DNA of 47,627 nt, the filler included, from Jimgerdemannia flammicorona (Eukaryota): assembly GCA_003990765.1 (NCBI GenBank). It is 2 parts of 2 records of this genome, joined end to end, with 100 filler letters (N's around TTAATTAATTAA, not from the genome) between each part and the next. Parts side by side here need not be neighbours in the genome. Positions count along the whole stretch, not along the records: positions 23,872 to 47,627 come from RBNJ01001069.1; 1 more part is not named here. One strand, 5' to 3'. The notes below the pieces were generated by a model. That model was not told the origin of the DNA. It did not search any database and saw only the letters and a program-made list of their open reading frames with translations. Below are positions 24,906 to 38,382 of the stretch, one piece after another. The position numbers were made by a program, and so were the translations under genes. The stretch's first letter is position 1; every line of letters begins with the position of its first letter.

Positions 24906-25022
24906 TTATAGAAATTTAAGTATTATAAATAAATAAACCTCAGATTGAAAAAAAAACAAAAAATATCCATAGATAACATACTCTTGAAAGATCCAATGAG
25001 ATAATGAAATAGACTATCACAA

Positions 25023-25809
25023 TGTAATAACTCTTAATTCTATCCCTCTCTGATCCTTTAGATACTTAGGAAAATAAGATATTACTTAGAGACTTAGTAC
25101 ACAATATATACCAAGAAGCCTTCAGTTTGAGGAAGCACTTACTTGAAAGTAGTTGTAGTAGTAGTATCTTATCTTTCAAAGGTCTTTCTGATTTGTCCTA
25201 TCTTTCAAGGATCTTATTCTTTGTTGTGTACAGACTGAATTCACCTTAGAATTCAGGTTCAATGGGTTTACTTAAGTTTTTAGAGATTTATATACCAGTC
25301 TCAGTTCTGGTAAAAGTTAGCTAGGCTTCTGAAGTTTAGTCAGAAATACCAGAATCACTTAGATATCATTACTAAGACTCAGGGAAATGTGTATGTGTGT
25401 GTGGGAGACTTGATTCTTATATCAAGGACTGAACTAAAACTGCTTTATTTTAGGTGGAAACTAGGGGGTATTTATATAAGTTGGTCCATAATTTCTGTCT
25501 AAGTATGAGTGACTAATTTGGTAACTGTAATAAGGTTTGTGATTGTGACCTTTGTCAGGTGGTTTGTGGCAAAAAATCTTTATGATTAGGACCTCAATTA
25601 CTAGACAATGATCAGCTGCTATGGTAATAGTTACTGCAGTATCAATTGTCAGAGATAAGCTGGATATCATTTTTTACATCATTTTGCATCATTCATTCAT
25701 TGTTCATAATATTGTATATTATGCTTGATCATATGATATCATTGTTTGCCAGATCACATTATTGCTCATATCATTACATCTTATCTATTTGTTCATTCAT
25801 TCTATTACA
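25023..25809 (-). mobile_element. 3' LTR of an older copy of the Gypsy family at 43553
   Basis: Reverse complement is colinear with 43553-44328 end to end; TGTAATA..TATTACA termini; no matching flanking TSD; PPT adjoins. Confidence 0.92.
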
Positions 25810-25822
25810 TCCTTCTCTCCTT
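25810..25822 (-). promoter_or_regulatory. Polypurine tract (plus-strand priming site)
   Basis: AAGGAGAGAAGGA directly precedes the LTR TG on the minus strand. Confidence 0.8.
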
Positions 25823-25844
25823 AGAAATTAATATCCTCATTGAT

Positions 25845-26648
25845 TTAGAAATTGAGAACTAGGGGAGAAAAAGGTGGAGAATTTTCCTCAGTATTGTTGC
25901 CTTCTTTTTTAGTAGCAGGAGAGGCAGTTGCTGATGACTTGCTGTCCAGGATATAGAAGTCAATGACATCTGCAAATGGTTCTTGTATTGGTATAGATAT
26001 TGGTGTAAGAGTTCTCTATCTAATACAGTTGGAATCATCTAAGTAGAGTTCTTGATCCTTATGTCTGGGGATATCCATTCAGATAGATGGTCCTTCAAAG
26101 AGGTCAGAAAGGTCTTAAAGTCAATGGTCTGGGTTATCATTCAGGAGGGGGCTCTAGTAGAGTTTACAATTAGTAGACTTGAGAGTAATTTAGGAGTTGA
26201 CTTCTTGGGCTACCTTGATCTCTAGCTCATCAATCTCAGGAAAGGAGAGATTCTGAAAATCCTTTAGTTGGACATAATTGAGGTTGGGGATTATAAAAGA
26301 TATATGCCATATAATTTGATAGATCTTCTTGGCTAGTCTTTGTTCATACCTATCTAGGTGGGTCCAGTCTGAGATCTGATCAGTAGGTAGGTCCTTTATA
26401 TGTTGGAGGAGTTGATGGCTGATTTTGTATTCATACCAGATCTCTAGGTGGCTAGTAGCAAGGTAGGCCCTTTTAATGAGTTCATAGCAGTCAAGTACAC
26501 ACTATCCTAGGTCCTAGCTAAAGAGATTAAGGGCCTCAGAGTGACAGTTCCTTCTTTGGATAGTAATCTGGATATGTCCAAAGAGGCAGTCAATCTGACT
26601 TGAGAGGGGCTGGCTATAGTGGGCAGTTTGGTGATGGGTAGCAGGCAT
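25845..26648 (-). pseudogene. Decayed accessory ORF (268 codons) immediately upstream of the PPT
   Basis: One frame from ATG (MPATHH) with no frameshift and 8 internal stops, including a 103-codon open stretch (CVLDCYELIKRAYL..RLAKKIYQII..EVNS). No integrase or chromodomain motifs. Confidence 0.55.
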
Positions 26649-27309
26649 TCTTATCTTATCTTTTCTTTTTGAAGAGAGAGAGATAAGGGTTATAGTATAT
26701 TCTTGCCTTGGGTATTTATACTTATTCATCTGTCTGGTGTGACCTTCTTTTGATTATGCTTTCTAGCAGAATATATGACCTATTACTCTAAGCAGGACAT
26801 GTGCTGGTCACATGGAGAAATTCTGAATATAAAGATATTGCTATATACAATTGTGGTTATATAGGATTGACAGATTTTGGTTCTCCTTTTTTTTATCTAA
26901 TTGGTATATTTGTAAGGACTGGCCATTCTTGTCTAGGGCAAGGGCTCTTATTGTTACAGCTCGGAGTTTGAACCTCTCAGAAATAGTATTTCTTATAATC
27001 CAAGACAATTCTTAGTAATAATATCTATCATGCAGATGGACTTAGATTGGTTTTGACATTATCAGCTTTCTTAAGTTCTATATGAAGCATTTATTATCAT
27101 CCAGTAGAGATGACACAGATGGTATAAAATAGAGTTGTTTAAATGTATTTTTCTACACCATCCTGGATTGTCCTTTGTCTGAGTATCTTCTTATTGATTA
27201 ATTATAGTATTCCTTTTTCTGCAATATTCAATATTATATTTTTTGATAAAATATGTAGTATCCTTCTTATTTGTTATGTACTTTAAATTTTAGAGCTGCA
27301 GTTCCTTCC

Positions 27310-30300
27310 TCTGCTGGAGGCAAATAGAGCTAATCAGAAAGTTCTGATAGAATTAGAGGCTAAGAAAATAGAGAAAGCTAAAGTAAAGACTGAATATCAG
27401 ATGGATCTATTAAGAATAGATATGAAATTATAAAAGATTTGGAAAAGATATGCAATACTTTAAAAATATTTTTTTATGAATAATATAATATCTATTTTCT
27501 TAATGAATATCAATAGATTGTAAGATAGTATATAGTCTTGGAATATTTTTACTTCACTGAAGGATTTGGAGGTAGATCTTTTTCTACTTTAGAATATATA
27601 ATGTGATAATGCTTTGAATAGGCAGACTTAGACTAGAAAGTAGAGAGAAGAGGTAGAATAGTGAGAAAAGATTAGAATTCTGATATAAAAAGAAAAGAGT
27701 GAGTTAAGGAATATTGGAGAATGAGAGAAATAATTGCTATATAGAAGTATAGACTAGACTGGGGTGGGGTCCTATAGTAGTTAGATCTTATTATTATCCT
27801 ACTATTCAGGAAGTAAGAGTGGGTGGTTGGAGAAACTATTGAATGATATACTGGCAGAGGTGGGGGGTAGACTTACTAGGTAGTAACTTTAATATAGTAT
27901 AAAATACTATAGTAAATCAGTCTGATATAGGGCTGAATATAGCCAGCAGACTGCTGGGAGATGAATATTTAGAAGAAGCTAGAAGTAGTGTAGTATCTTT
28001 AGTCAGATTATTGAATAGTACTAGGGCAGAGTAACTTTGGAGAGAGTGGAGATGAGTCTGAATATTAGTAGCTTAACTATACTATTTTAGAGAATAGAGA
28101 GATATATAAGAAATAGAGTAGAGATATAACTGTACTTATTGGTTAATGGAGATAGAAGAAGCATCTAGCTAGAGTCTATTGATTGAAGTTAAAGAAGACA
28201 ACAAGGTCCTTCTGGAGAGAATTGGAGAGAGTGAAGGGTAGACTCAATAGAAAGAGAGTTGGATGAACCTTATAGTAATGAAATAATTACTATTAAGGTT
28301 ATCAGATCTATAAGGAAGGAAGAAGTAGAAGAACTAGTAGACAGAGAGAGTACAGATAGAAATAGAAGAACTTAAAGAGATCTTATATCAGGAGAAGGAG
28401 GAGCATATTTAGATATTAGTAGTAAGATTGAGATAGCAGTAACTAGAGAAGAGTGAGAGATCAATAAGGTATCTTTCTAGGATACTACATATGAGAAGAG
28501 TATAGCAGCAATAAAAAGAAATTATTAGAGAGAATAATATTATTAACTGGAGCCCAGGGAATCCTAGGCTTACTTAGGGATCAGTGGGAAACTTTGTAGA
28601 GTGAAGAGAAAGAAGAGGAGGATAGAGAGACCATTGAGGCATTTCTGGAAATTTGGAGTCCTCTCTAGATAGAAAGTATTGAGAACTGGAGTAACTAGTT
28701 AAAAAGAAAGATATTTTAAGTATTCTCTCTACTATGAAGCTAGAGATGGCCCTGGATGAGAATAGTCTGCCCTGGAATTTCTGAAAGAAAATAGTAGTAG
28801 TTGAGAAAGTTCTTCAAAAAATAAGTAGGATATACATATATATAATATAATTATTGATTCTGATAAGTAGCTGAGAGGTTAAAAGGTAGAGCTAGTGGTA
28901 CTATTGTATAAAGATAAAGGAAGGAGAGAGAATTGAAAGAACTGGAGACTAATTATACTTCTGAATATAGACAGGAAATTTATAATAAAAGTACTTGTAG
29001 TAAGACTATAGATAGTAACCTAATAGATTCTTAATGAGAAGTAAAAGGACTATATTAGTGAATAGTTGATCAAAGATAGCATAGTGTGGATATATAGTTA
29101 TTGAAGAGATAAGAGCTACTAGAGTAGATGGAAGACTAGTCTTCTTAAACATATAATAGAGTTTAGCAAATTTGACTTAGGAAAGTCTTAATAAGAATTG
29201 AAATCTCAGATAGACTGAGTATATTACTTATCTTTCTTCTGAAAAGGAGCAAGGCAGTAGTTATAGTGAATGGATATTAGGGCACTTTATTTTCTTTGAA
29301 ATAAGAGATACTACAGGGAGACTCATTATTATCTATATTCTATATTTTATTACTGAAGCTATTGTTGAATAGAATAAGATAATAAGTTGATGAACTGATG
29401 ATCCTGAGGGTGAATTGGAAAGTAGGAGCCTTTATAGATAATATAGTAGTAAGTCTAGAGTCTACTGAGGATGTGGCTGAACTTAAGAAGACAGTTGATT
29501 AATATGAATAATACTCTAGACAGAAATAGAATTGATATAATTATAAGATAATAGTGCTAGAAAATAGAGTAGCTAAAGAGGATATTATTCATTCTATTAT
29601 TCTCTCTAGAGAGACTATATATTATCTTAAAATATTCTTCTCAGTATATGGATCAGTGCTGCCTAAGATCTAGTAGAAGGAAAAAGTAAAGATATGAAGA
29701 GACTCTTTAGAGAGCTGAAAAGAATATCATATCTCTGGTAGGCAGAGTGATGATCATGAATATTTGCTGGATACCAAAGTTATAATACTTAATATATTAT
29801 TTAGACTTTCTGGCTTAAGTAGTAAAGAAATTATTGAAGTTGACTTAGGATTAGATCTGAATAGATAAATAAAGTCAGATTAGCTAGGAGATATTATTAT
29901 TATCAATAGAAAGAGAGGGGGAACTAGATCTGGTAGACTTTCTAAAGAAGCTATACTGTCTTTAAGCCTAGTAACTGAAGAGAACAGTAGAGTTGAAGAG
30001 AGGTAGATAAATTTCTTTAATATAGAAGATATAGTGAACTTAATATACTCCCAGAGATACTTCTGGAGATTTACTAGTAGTTATTAGAGAAGGGAGAAGT
30101 CAGAGGCTATAATATTGGGATTTTTGATATAGAGTAATTAAAGGTACTCATTGGATTGAACTCTATTGAGAAGACAATGTAGTGACTAAACAGTGATATC
30201 TAGAGATATAGCAGTGATATATATAAGCTACTGTTAGAGAGTTTATCAGTAATTGAATTTGATATAAGAGTAGAGATAGAGAGTCAAGTATAGATTAGAA

Positions 30301-30560
30301 TCTGTGACTAGAGAGTTGATAGTATATAAAGATTGATAAAGAGAGAAATTGAATGAGTCTATAGATCTAGAGAGCAGAATGAGAAAGTAGATTCCCTCTA
30401 AGTTTTGGGTGGTCTGATAGAGATTACTGAGATGGAATATTATATTGAATTTCTGGTCAGGGTACTTAATTATAGATGGAATATTTGTATATAAGAAGTG
30501 TATAAGAGTCAGGTAAGAGAAAGGAGAAGTGCAGACTCCAGAATATTGATTAAGTTCTTA
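27310..30560 (+). mobile_element. Heavily decayed LINE (family A-like): ORF1 C-terminus through ORF2 zinc finger, 3' end missing
   Basis: ELEAKK (ORF1 end), LPWNF*KK, WRLIILLNIDRK, LQGDSLLS, WKVGAFIDN (FADD), QTPEY; colinear with 34850-38180. Confidence 0.85.
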
Positions 30561-30564
30561 GTAA

Positions 30565-32845
30565 TTATTGGAAAAAGATAGAAAGATATTTGGATGGAGA
30601 CTTTGGAGAATAAGAGATTAGATACTGAAATATATTGAAATAATATATACTGACTGACAAAGGAGTATCTGTTAAATCAGAAATAAAAGAAAAGAAAGTT
30701 GAAACCTACTTAGAGAAATAGTAAATATAAGAGATTTCAAATCTTTGAGAGTATATTATACATACATATAATCATAATAAAGAAGATATATAAGATATAA
30801 ATGAGCTCTTCACTAGAGGCTAATAGATTGTCATAGGAATTTTGGAAGAAATTCTAAATGGAGTTTAGAAGTTGGCTAGCTGAAATAATAAATAAAGTAA
30901 TAAAGTATAGTATCTAGTTAAATAATAGTATCTTGGATTTAGTTTTATTGATTTATATAAACAAAGGTAACTGATAAGTCTGGTATAATTAGTAGCCTAT
31001 AATGCTCTTGAATATAGATTGTAAAATAGTATTAAAATATTAGTAAGATAATTATAAAAGAAAATAGGACATATTATTAGAAGAGATTAGAGGAGCTTTA
31101 TAAATAGAAGACAGATCTGGAACAGTATAATATGAGTCCAGAATGTCTTAGAGAGTTGCAGAAGTCAATATATAGATAGAAGACTAATTTTTCTCAATTA
31201 AGAGAAGACATTTGATAGAGTATATTAGAGATAATTAGAGATAGTATTAGAGAAGGTGAGCTTTACTTACTTGGCAGAAAACTGACTAATGAGATTACTA
31301 AGAGGCGATCAGACTACCATCCTAATAAATGAATAGTATGGTAAAGAGTTTAGATTAGACAGGGGGGTATCTGAGGAGACCCACTATCTCTACTATTATA
31401 TATTCTCTCACTGGAGCCCCTACTTGATAGATTGTAATAATAAATATCTAGACTATACTTCAGTGAGGTGGTTTGATAATTGAGAATCTTTACCAATGAT
31501 ATAGTGACTAGATTGAAAAGAATAGAGGATATTGACTTTATTTAAGAAGAAATTCAGCAATATAAGAAGAGATCTGGGGCCAAACTAAACTGAAATAAGT
31601 GTAAAATAATAGATATTTGAGAAAAATTGAGAGAGGACAGGAGATTTAGCAAAATAATTCCTAAAGATAATATAATAAGATATCTAGAGATCTGGTTTTC
31701 TATCTATAGAACTATACTGAAAGAAAATTAGTGAAAAAGAATAGTGAAGAAATAGATAATAGTGCTATAAGGATGAGCAGAAAGAAACTTCTCTCTAATA
31801 GGCTATATGATGGTTCTAAATATTTATTAGCTATCAAAATTATAGTATCTTGACTATTATCTAAATTTTTCAGAATGAGTAGTAAGGAGACTACTGAAGA
31901 CAATAGCTGGATAATTATAGAAGAAAAAGAGACTATAAGTGAGTTAGAAGATCTTAGTACCAAAAGTTAGAGATAGAGGATTGAGTCTTATTAATCTAAG
32001 ATAGTATCTTAAAGTTCTTCAGAGATAGTAGGGGAAGTGAATAGTTGAACTAAGTAATAAGAAGTGGTGCAGACTAATAAAAGATAATTAGAGAATCTGA
32101 TTCTACCCTGGAGGGAAGAATGGCTAAGATATCCAGAGCATTCTTCAAGTTAAAGATATAAGAGGACTATATTATAAGAAATTCTGATAGAGAATAGTGA
32201 AAGCATAGATTGATATAGGAATGAGAGAACTGGAGAAGACAGGATGGAAGGACTGAGAAATAGTAGATTGGAATATAAAGAACATTTGTCTAAGTAGGCA
32301 GAAGTTATTAAAATATTCTTTAGAAGATATAATAGAGTAGCTAAGAATTAATTCTATAAAGAAGTAGCCTATAGGATGGCAGAAGACAGGGCTTGGAGAG
32401 AAGTAGAGCTGGCTAGATATTTGGTAGTAGATTAAAAAAATGTAATGTTTCATATCTTTTAAGTATTGAGTAGTATAGTAATAGTTATTAAGATAAAATA
32501 TAATATTAGTATATGAAATAGATTGAATATATATATGAGAAGGGTCAAAGAGAGTATGAATGATGTGAGGAGCTGAGAGATACCCACACTCAGACTCTGG
32601 AATATATCTTGATAAATTGTCAAAATATAGAAGGATACTTATATCAGATGGAAGAAATATAGAAAGATAGAAGCTAGTAAGTAGAAAAGACAGTAGTCAT
32701 TATAATATAGAGAAGATTAATTAGTGATATTGATGATATATAAGAGAGCCTAGAAAGAATTATTGAATTATATATATTAATAGCAATATACTAGAGGTAG
32801 ATATTTGGAGATAATCAGTAGATAGACATTGGAGATCTAGTGATC
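30565..32845 (+). mobile_element. Heavily decayed, 5'-truncated LINE (family B) ORF2
   Basis: SSSLEANRLS*EFWKKF*MEF (GSSPGEDGLPWEFWKEF), GDPLSLLLYILSLEPL, RYLEIWFS, QTLEYILINC; colinear with ~41.1-43.6 kb. Confidence 0.85.
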
Positions 32846-32885
32846 TCCTTTTTCCAGTAACATTCAGGTTACACAACCTTTTGGC

Positions 32886-34955
32886 AATACCTTCAACACA
32901 GTTTCTGGAGATAAGCTACTAGTATCATAGCAACCAATGAGCATCCTGAGGTACGTACTGGGCAGGGTGGTCCTGGAGCATTTGAATGGCAGCAAGTGAG
33001 GTGAGACCCAGGCTTGGGGAGAAGTATGAGGGGCCTGTTTGCAGGAGGACATGGTGGAGGAGGGAGCAGAGCTGGAGGTCAAGGGTCTGATAGAGTGAGC
33101 TTTGTAGAGAAGGTGAAGGGGGGTCAGCAGGGGGCTGGACTGAAGAGCTGGCTGAGGGGGGGGAAGGTACCAGTGAGGGCTATAAGACAGTAGCCTCATG
33201 GGGGTACCCCTCTGAAGGGCCATAGGGGTGGAGCTGGGGGGGTAGTATCTGAGGTGGGGACTGCTGATGGGGGTGTGATGGGCAATCTGGAAAAAAATCT
33301 AAATGGGACTGCTGATGGTGGGCTGAGCAGTGGGAAGGGCATGAGGCCCAGGGATCTGGCAGATGGTGTAATGGGACTAGTGGTGACCCCATTACTCAAG
33401 AAGTCAATCTCAGAATTTGCAGTCACAATGTGCTTCCAGGGTCTGGTGGTGATGGCAAAAATGGTTCTGGGGCTGATCGCAAAGCAGATGAGTAGAGCAG
33501 TATTGGTTAAGTTCCTGAAGGGCCTAGAAGGGGTGGAGGTGGGATTTGAGGAAGCTGGACCATTGGAGGAGGCTCTGAAGGATGGGATGAAAGTGAGTGA
33601 GGTGTGCATACTAATGGTGAGATGCCTGAGGTGGGACCCAAGAGTAGTGCAGCTTCTGGTAAAAGGAGTTCCCACTGTTACTACAGACAAGGAAGAGAGT
33701 CAAGGAGATCATGGCAGAGTATGGAGAGGTGGTCAATATTGGATTCAGAGTGTGGGAAGGAATCTCTCTCTGGACAGGAGATGTTGATGTCAGGATTCGG
33801 CTGGCAGAGAGAGAGGCTACTGGGAAGACTCAGGACTGGCCCTCAGTAATAGTGTGGGGAGCTTTCTTGTACAAGGTAATGAGAGTGAAGGGGAGCAAGG
33901 AGGAGGAGGAGGATTTGTTGGAAGCACTGGAGGAGTTGAGTGGGGCGGTAGAGAGGAGGGCGAAGGCATGGAAGGCATTTGAGGAGTTGACACATCTTGA
34001 GGTAGTTGGAGGGAAGTGTGTCCACATCAATAAGAAGGTGTGGGAGAGGTCCCAAGGGTGCCAAAGGCAGAAGGAGTTGCTGGAGAAAATGGGGGCAGAG
34101 GCAAAGAGGAAGGCAGGAAGTGGTGCAACCTCTGGAGGTGCTGCGGCAAGTGTCTGGGCTGCTGGTAGTGGAGAGAATGAGGAGGGGGGGTTGGAGGAGG
34201 CTGGGAAGGTACCGAGCAAGAGTCCATTTGAGGATGGCACATTTGAGGTTTGGGTGGAAACCTGAGAGAATTCGCCTTCACCCTCCCCCCTTATCAGAAG
34301 GGGACCAGCAGTGAGAGGCAGGGTGGTGGAGGATGTGCCAATGTATAGTGCTCAGCAGGTGTACTTTGGAGTTCCAAATGTGGAGAAGGGGGGATTGGTA
34401 GAGGCGACTGGAGAAGAGGAATTGGTGGATGTCCCAGAGGAGAGATGGAATGAGTCAGCAAGTATAGAGGCTGATACTATGATGTTGGATGGAGGGAGGC
34501 CAGCGACCCCAGGAGGGAAGGAGGTGGGGAATTTGCTCTGGGTGTGCTGGATGATGAACAACCTAGCAGCAGAAGAGCTGGGGGAAGTCGACCTCTGAGT
34601 GATGAGTGATGAGCATTGGGCAAGGATTCTGCAGGGCAATGGAGTGGTGGTGGCATTGAAGGCAGAAATTCTGGCAATATACTTGGAGGAGGAGGGGTAT
34701 GAGGTTGATAAGGAGAGAGAGGCTGCTCTGGCAGTTGTAGCGGGTGAGCAGGCTGCCCACTGTTGGACTAAGTGGCATGGACTGCAGCTCTGGCAAGAGG
34801 CTTGCTTGGAGTACCATGAGAAGTTTGAGGAAAAGGAGGATGGAGAGATGGCTGAGATCCTGGCTGAATTGGAGGCTAAAAGGGCTGAGGAGGCAGAAGC
34901 TATTGCAGAGTGCAACCTGGATAGGGCACAGGAGGAAGTGGACATGGAGCAGTAA
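32886..34955 (+). pseudogene. LINE ORF1 (RRM-like nucleic-acid-binding protein), disrupted
   Basis: Fragments 33254-33787, 33711-34265, 34311-34598 and 34599-34955 join into one protein homologous to 13390-15017 and 38383-40224 (RCLRWDP, V-x-G-x-PT, YGEVVNIGF). Confidence 0.75.
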
Positions 34956-34986
34956 AGAACTTATTTGAAACTATATAATCTTCCTT

Positions 34987-37900
34987 ATGAATAGTACAAC
35001 CAATATTCTTTCTTTGAATATAAATGGGTTATGGGGGTCTTTTCGGCACCGGAACATTTTTACTTGGCTAAAGAGATTGGAGGCTGATCTCTTTCTTTTG
35101 CAGGATGTCAGGTGTGAGGATGACTTAGAAGGTCTAGAATGGATGAAGGAATGGGGAGGGGAGGCAGTTTGGATGGGGAAGGTTGGGATTCTGGTTCAGA
35201 GGGGCAAAGGGGAGATCTGGGATGTGAGGAACTGGGGTGACAAGCTAATTTGGGGAGAATAGATATGAGCAGGTTGGGAGCCAACCATGGTGGGTTCCTG
35301 CTACTGCCCTGCTGTGAGGATTGAGCATGTGGGTTGGGTGAAGGGCCTCAGAGAGAGTGGGGTCCTAGCAGAGGTGGGCATAGACTTGCTTGGTGGGGAC
35401 TTTAATATGGTCAGAGATGCTTTGGTGGATAGGACTGACAAAGGGCAGGGGGCTGAGGGTAGAAGTGGAGGGCTGGAGGTATGGGAGGAGGTAGAAAGGT
35501 TGAGTGCTCTGATGGATTCTGGTAGGGGGCTCTGGGGTGACAGGAGGGTATACATACATTGGACAGGAGGCCTGGGGACAAGGATTGACTGGATTTTGAT
35601 GGCAAGCTACTGGGGTCTCAATGTGTGGAAGTCACTGGAGGTTGAGTGGTGTCCATGGTCAGATTATTGGGGTCTGTTAGGGCAGGGACACTTTGGGGGG
35701 AGTGGGGATGGGCCTGGACATTGGTGCCTCAATTTCTCTTTGCTAGCTAATAAGGTATTGTGGGATAAGTGGGCAGTAGAAATTCGACAGAAGGTGGAGG
35801 ACTGGATACAGGAGGGTACTCCAGTTGGTGCCAGGTGGATGAGGTTGAAAGATGCTGCCAGGACCTACTGGAGCGAGGCTGGCAGAGTGGCTGGGAGACA
35901 GAGGAGAAGAAAGAGGAGTTGGGCCTCTGCTAGATTGGCTAGGCTTTTGGAGGAGTGGGCTGATCTGGTGGGGTGGGAGGGGGGAGAGGACTGGAGAGTA
36001 AGGAGGGTGAAAATGGAAATTGGGGAACTACAACAGGTGCTGCAGGATGAGAAGGAGGTGCAAGTGCAGGGCCTGATGGCAAGGCTACGATGGCAGGGGC
36101 AGGAGGAAGGAGAAAGGCCTTCGAAGTATCTTACAAGGGCCATTTGGGCAAGGAGAGTGAAGTAGAGATGGGAGGGAGTAGAGGCACCTGACAGGCTGCT
36201 AGTACATAGTATGCAAGACATTCTTGGAGTGTTGAAGGGGTGCTGGAGTGGCCTTTGGAGTGGGGAGGAGGATGGGGCAGGTGTTGCCGCCATTGATCAA
36301 GCTCTAGAAGACTGGTACCCACCACAAGTAGAAGGATTGGGGGACTTGGTGTTGCCAGTTCAGGAGGAGGAGATTCATCAGATACTGGCCACATCTGCTT
36401 GGGTACAGCTCCAGGGGAGGATGGTCTGCCCTGGGACCTCTGGAAGAAGATGGTGGGAGTTTCTGGAATACTGGAAGAGTTGACAGAATTGTGTGATCTG
36501 ATACTACAGTCAGGGAGATGGGTGGGGGAGCAGGATCTTGGGCTGGTGATGTTGATTTTTAAGAACAAAGGGAGGAGGGAGGACTGGAAGAACTGGAGGT
36601 CAATTATGCTGCTGGATATGGACAGAAAGTTGATCACTAAGGTGGTGGTTGCTAGATTGCAGAATGTGGCCCAGCAGGTCCTGGGTGAGGAGCAGTGTGG
36701 CTTTGTAGGAGGTCGGCTTATTAGAGATGGCATAGCTTGAGTGCATGGAGTTATTGAGGGGGCATGGGCATGTGGACTGGATGGCCAACTGGTCTTTCTG
36801 GATCAGGAAAAGGCATATGACTAGGTTGGACAAGCCTGGTTGGTGAGGGTACTGGACAGAATTGGTATACATCCTCAGTTCAGGAAAGCAATGATCAGTC
36901 TACTGAAAAGGAGTAGGGCTGCTCTCATTTGCAATGGACACAGAGGGGTGGCTTTTCCCCTGGGCATAGGAGTACTGCAGGGTGACCCTCTATCCCCTCT
37001 TCTGTATAGTCTATCCTTGGAGCCACTGATGGATAGGATTCGAAGGAAAATAGTTGGACTTTCCATCTATGGTATTGGGTGGAAAGTTGGTGCCTTTGCA
37101 GATGATATAGTAGTCAGTCTGGGATCAATTGAGGATGTTGTGGAGTTCAAGAAGACAGTGGAATGATATGAAGCCCACTCTGGGGCTTGGCTCAATTGGT
37201 ACAAGTGTGAGACAATGGTGTTAGGTAATGGACTAGTGGGAGGGGACATCATTGGAACAATTGTCCCAGTGGGGGAGACAGTGTGGTACCTGGGCATCTA
37301 TCTGTCAGTCTATGGGTCAGTTCTCCCAAGACCCTGGTGGGAGCAGAGAATTGCCATATGGGGGGAAGCTTTGTGGAGTTGGGGAGGCCATCAACTGTCT
37401 TTGATGGGGCGAGTCTCAATTCTGAACACTTACTGGCTTCTGAAGTTGTGGTATTTGGTATATCACCTGGAGTTTCCAGCCTGGGTGGTGAAGAGGTTGA
37501 TGAAACTGGCCAAGGGGTAGATTTGGGCTAGAAAACAAAGTCAGATCAATTGGGAGGTTGTGTCTCTACTGGTGGTTAGAGGGGGCCTTGGGCTGGTTGA
37601 CTTCCTGAAATAGCTATTCTGTCTACATGTATGGTGGCTGAAGAGGGTGGTAGAGTTACATGGGGGTAGCTGGGTCCCCCTGATGCAGAAGGTCTGAGAG
37701 ATGAGGTCATCACCAAGAGGCTCTACAGGAGATCTACTGTCCTTGGTCAGACTTCAGAACATTGGAAGAATACGATTCAAAGGCTTCTGGTGGGGAGTGG
37801 TAGATGGTGCTCACCATATTGGAGTCTATTGGCAAGAGAATGAAGGAGAGGAGCCTTGGGGACCAGACATGTGGAGATGGGACCGAGTACTGTTGGGGGG

Positions 37901-38186
37901 TACTCCCCTTATTGACTTTGATATTGGTGATGGAGTGGAGTGCCAAAGAGGACTAGGCCAGGATCTTGGGCCCAATACCTGGCAACTAGCAGGTATCGGT
38001 GAGGAGTGGGACTGGAGTAGCATTTGGGCATGGAGTGATAGAGTGCGATACTGGATACCACCAAAGTATTGTGTGGTATGATGGCAGATGCTAAGGAGGA
38101 ATGTTATGCTCAACTTCCAATCAGGGCACCTTGTTGAAGGAGGGAGCTTTGACTGTGAGGAGTGTCACAATGTCAGACAGAAAGGG
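34987..38186 (+). pseudogene. LINE ORF2 (APE endonuclease, reverse transcriptase, partial CCHC finger), disrupted
   Basis: SLNINGL, LLQDVR, GGDFN, RIDWI, WSDY; APGEDGL, NWRSIMLLDMDRK, DQEKAYD, QGDPLSPLLY, AFADD, YLGI; in-frame stops and a frameshift near 36400. Confidence 0.93.
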
Positions 38187-38382
38187 AGTTTTATACACCT
38201 TGCCAAAGCAGGGACTCCTTTTGCTCGAACCATTCAGAGCAAGCTAAGCAACACAGACATCTTTTCATGACAAGCAACGCATTTTCAAGTTTTTCCGTCA
38301 TCTATTCTGGTGTACAAGGTGCGGCTGGAGTCTAGCTACAGCATACAACAAGTCTCGTCTATTTTGGTAGAGTTTTCGTCAG

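Larger units (their letters stand above)
32846..38186 (+). mobile_element. L1/Tx1-like LINE, family A copy 2: 5' end intact, cut within the ORF2 zinc finger
   Basis: 5' terminus resembles 12923 and 1440; ORF1 ends at 34955; ORF2 starts at 34987; homology to copy 1 ends after CEECHNVRQKG. Confidence 0.93.

Noticed and set aside
25023..25809. Solo LTR, or partner LTR of the 43553 element
   Set aside because: No TSD, PPT and internal sequence are attached, orientation is opposite and decay is much greater: a separate older insertion.
14658..34598. Same TGA (DL*VMS) in ORF1 of both family-A copies as a programmed readthrough
   Set aside because: Independent CGA>TGA decay is sufficient given near-complete CpG loss; a family consensus would be needed to revive the idea.
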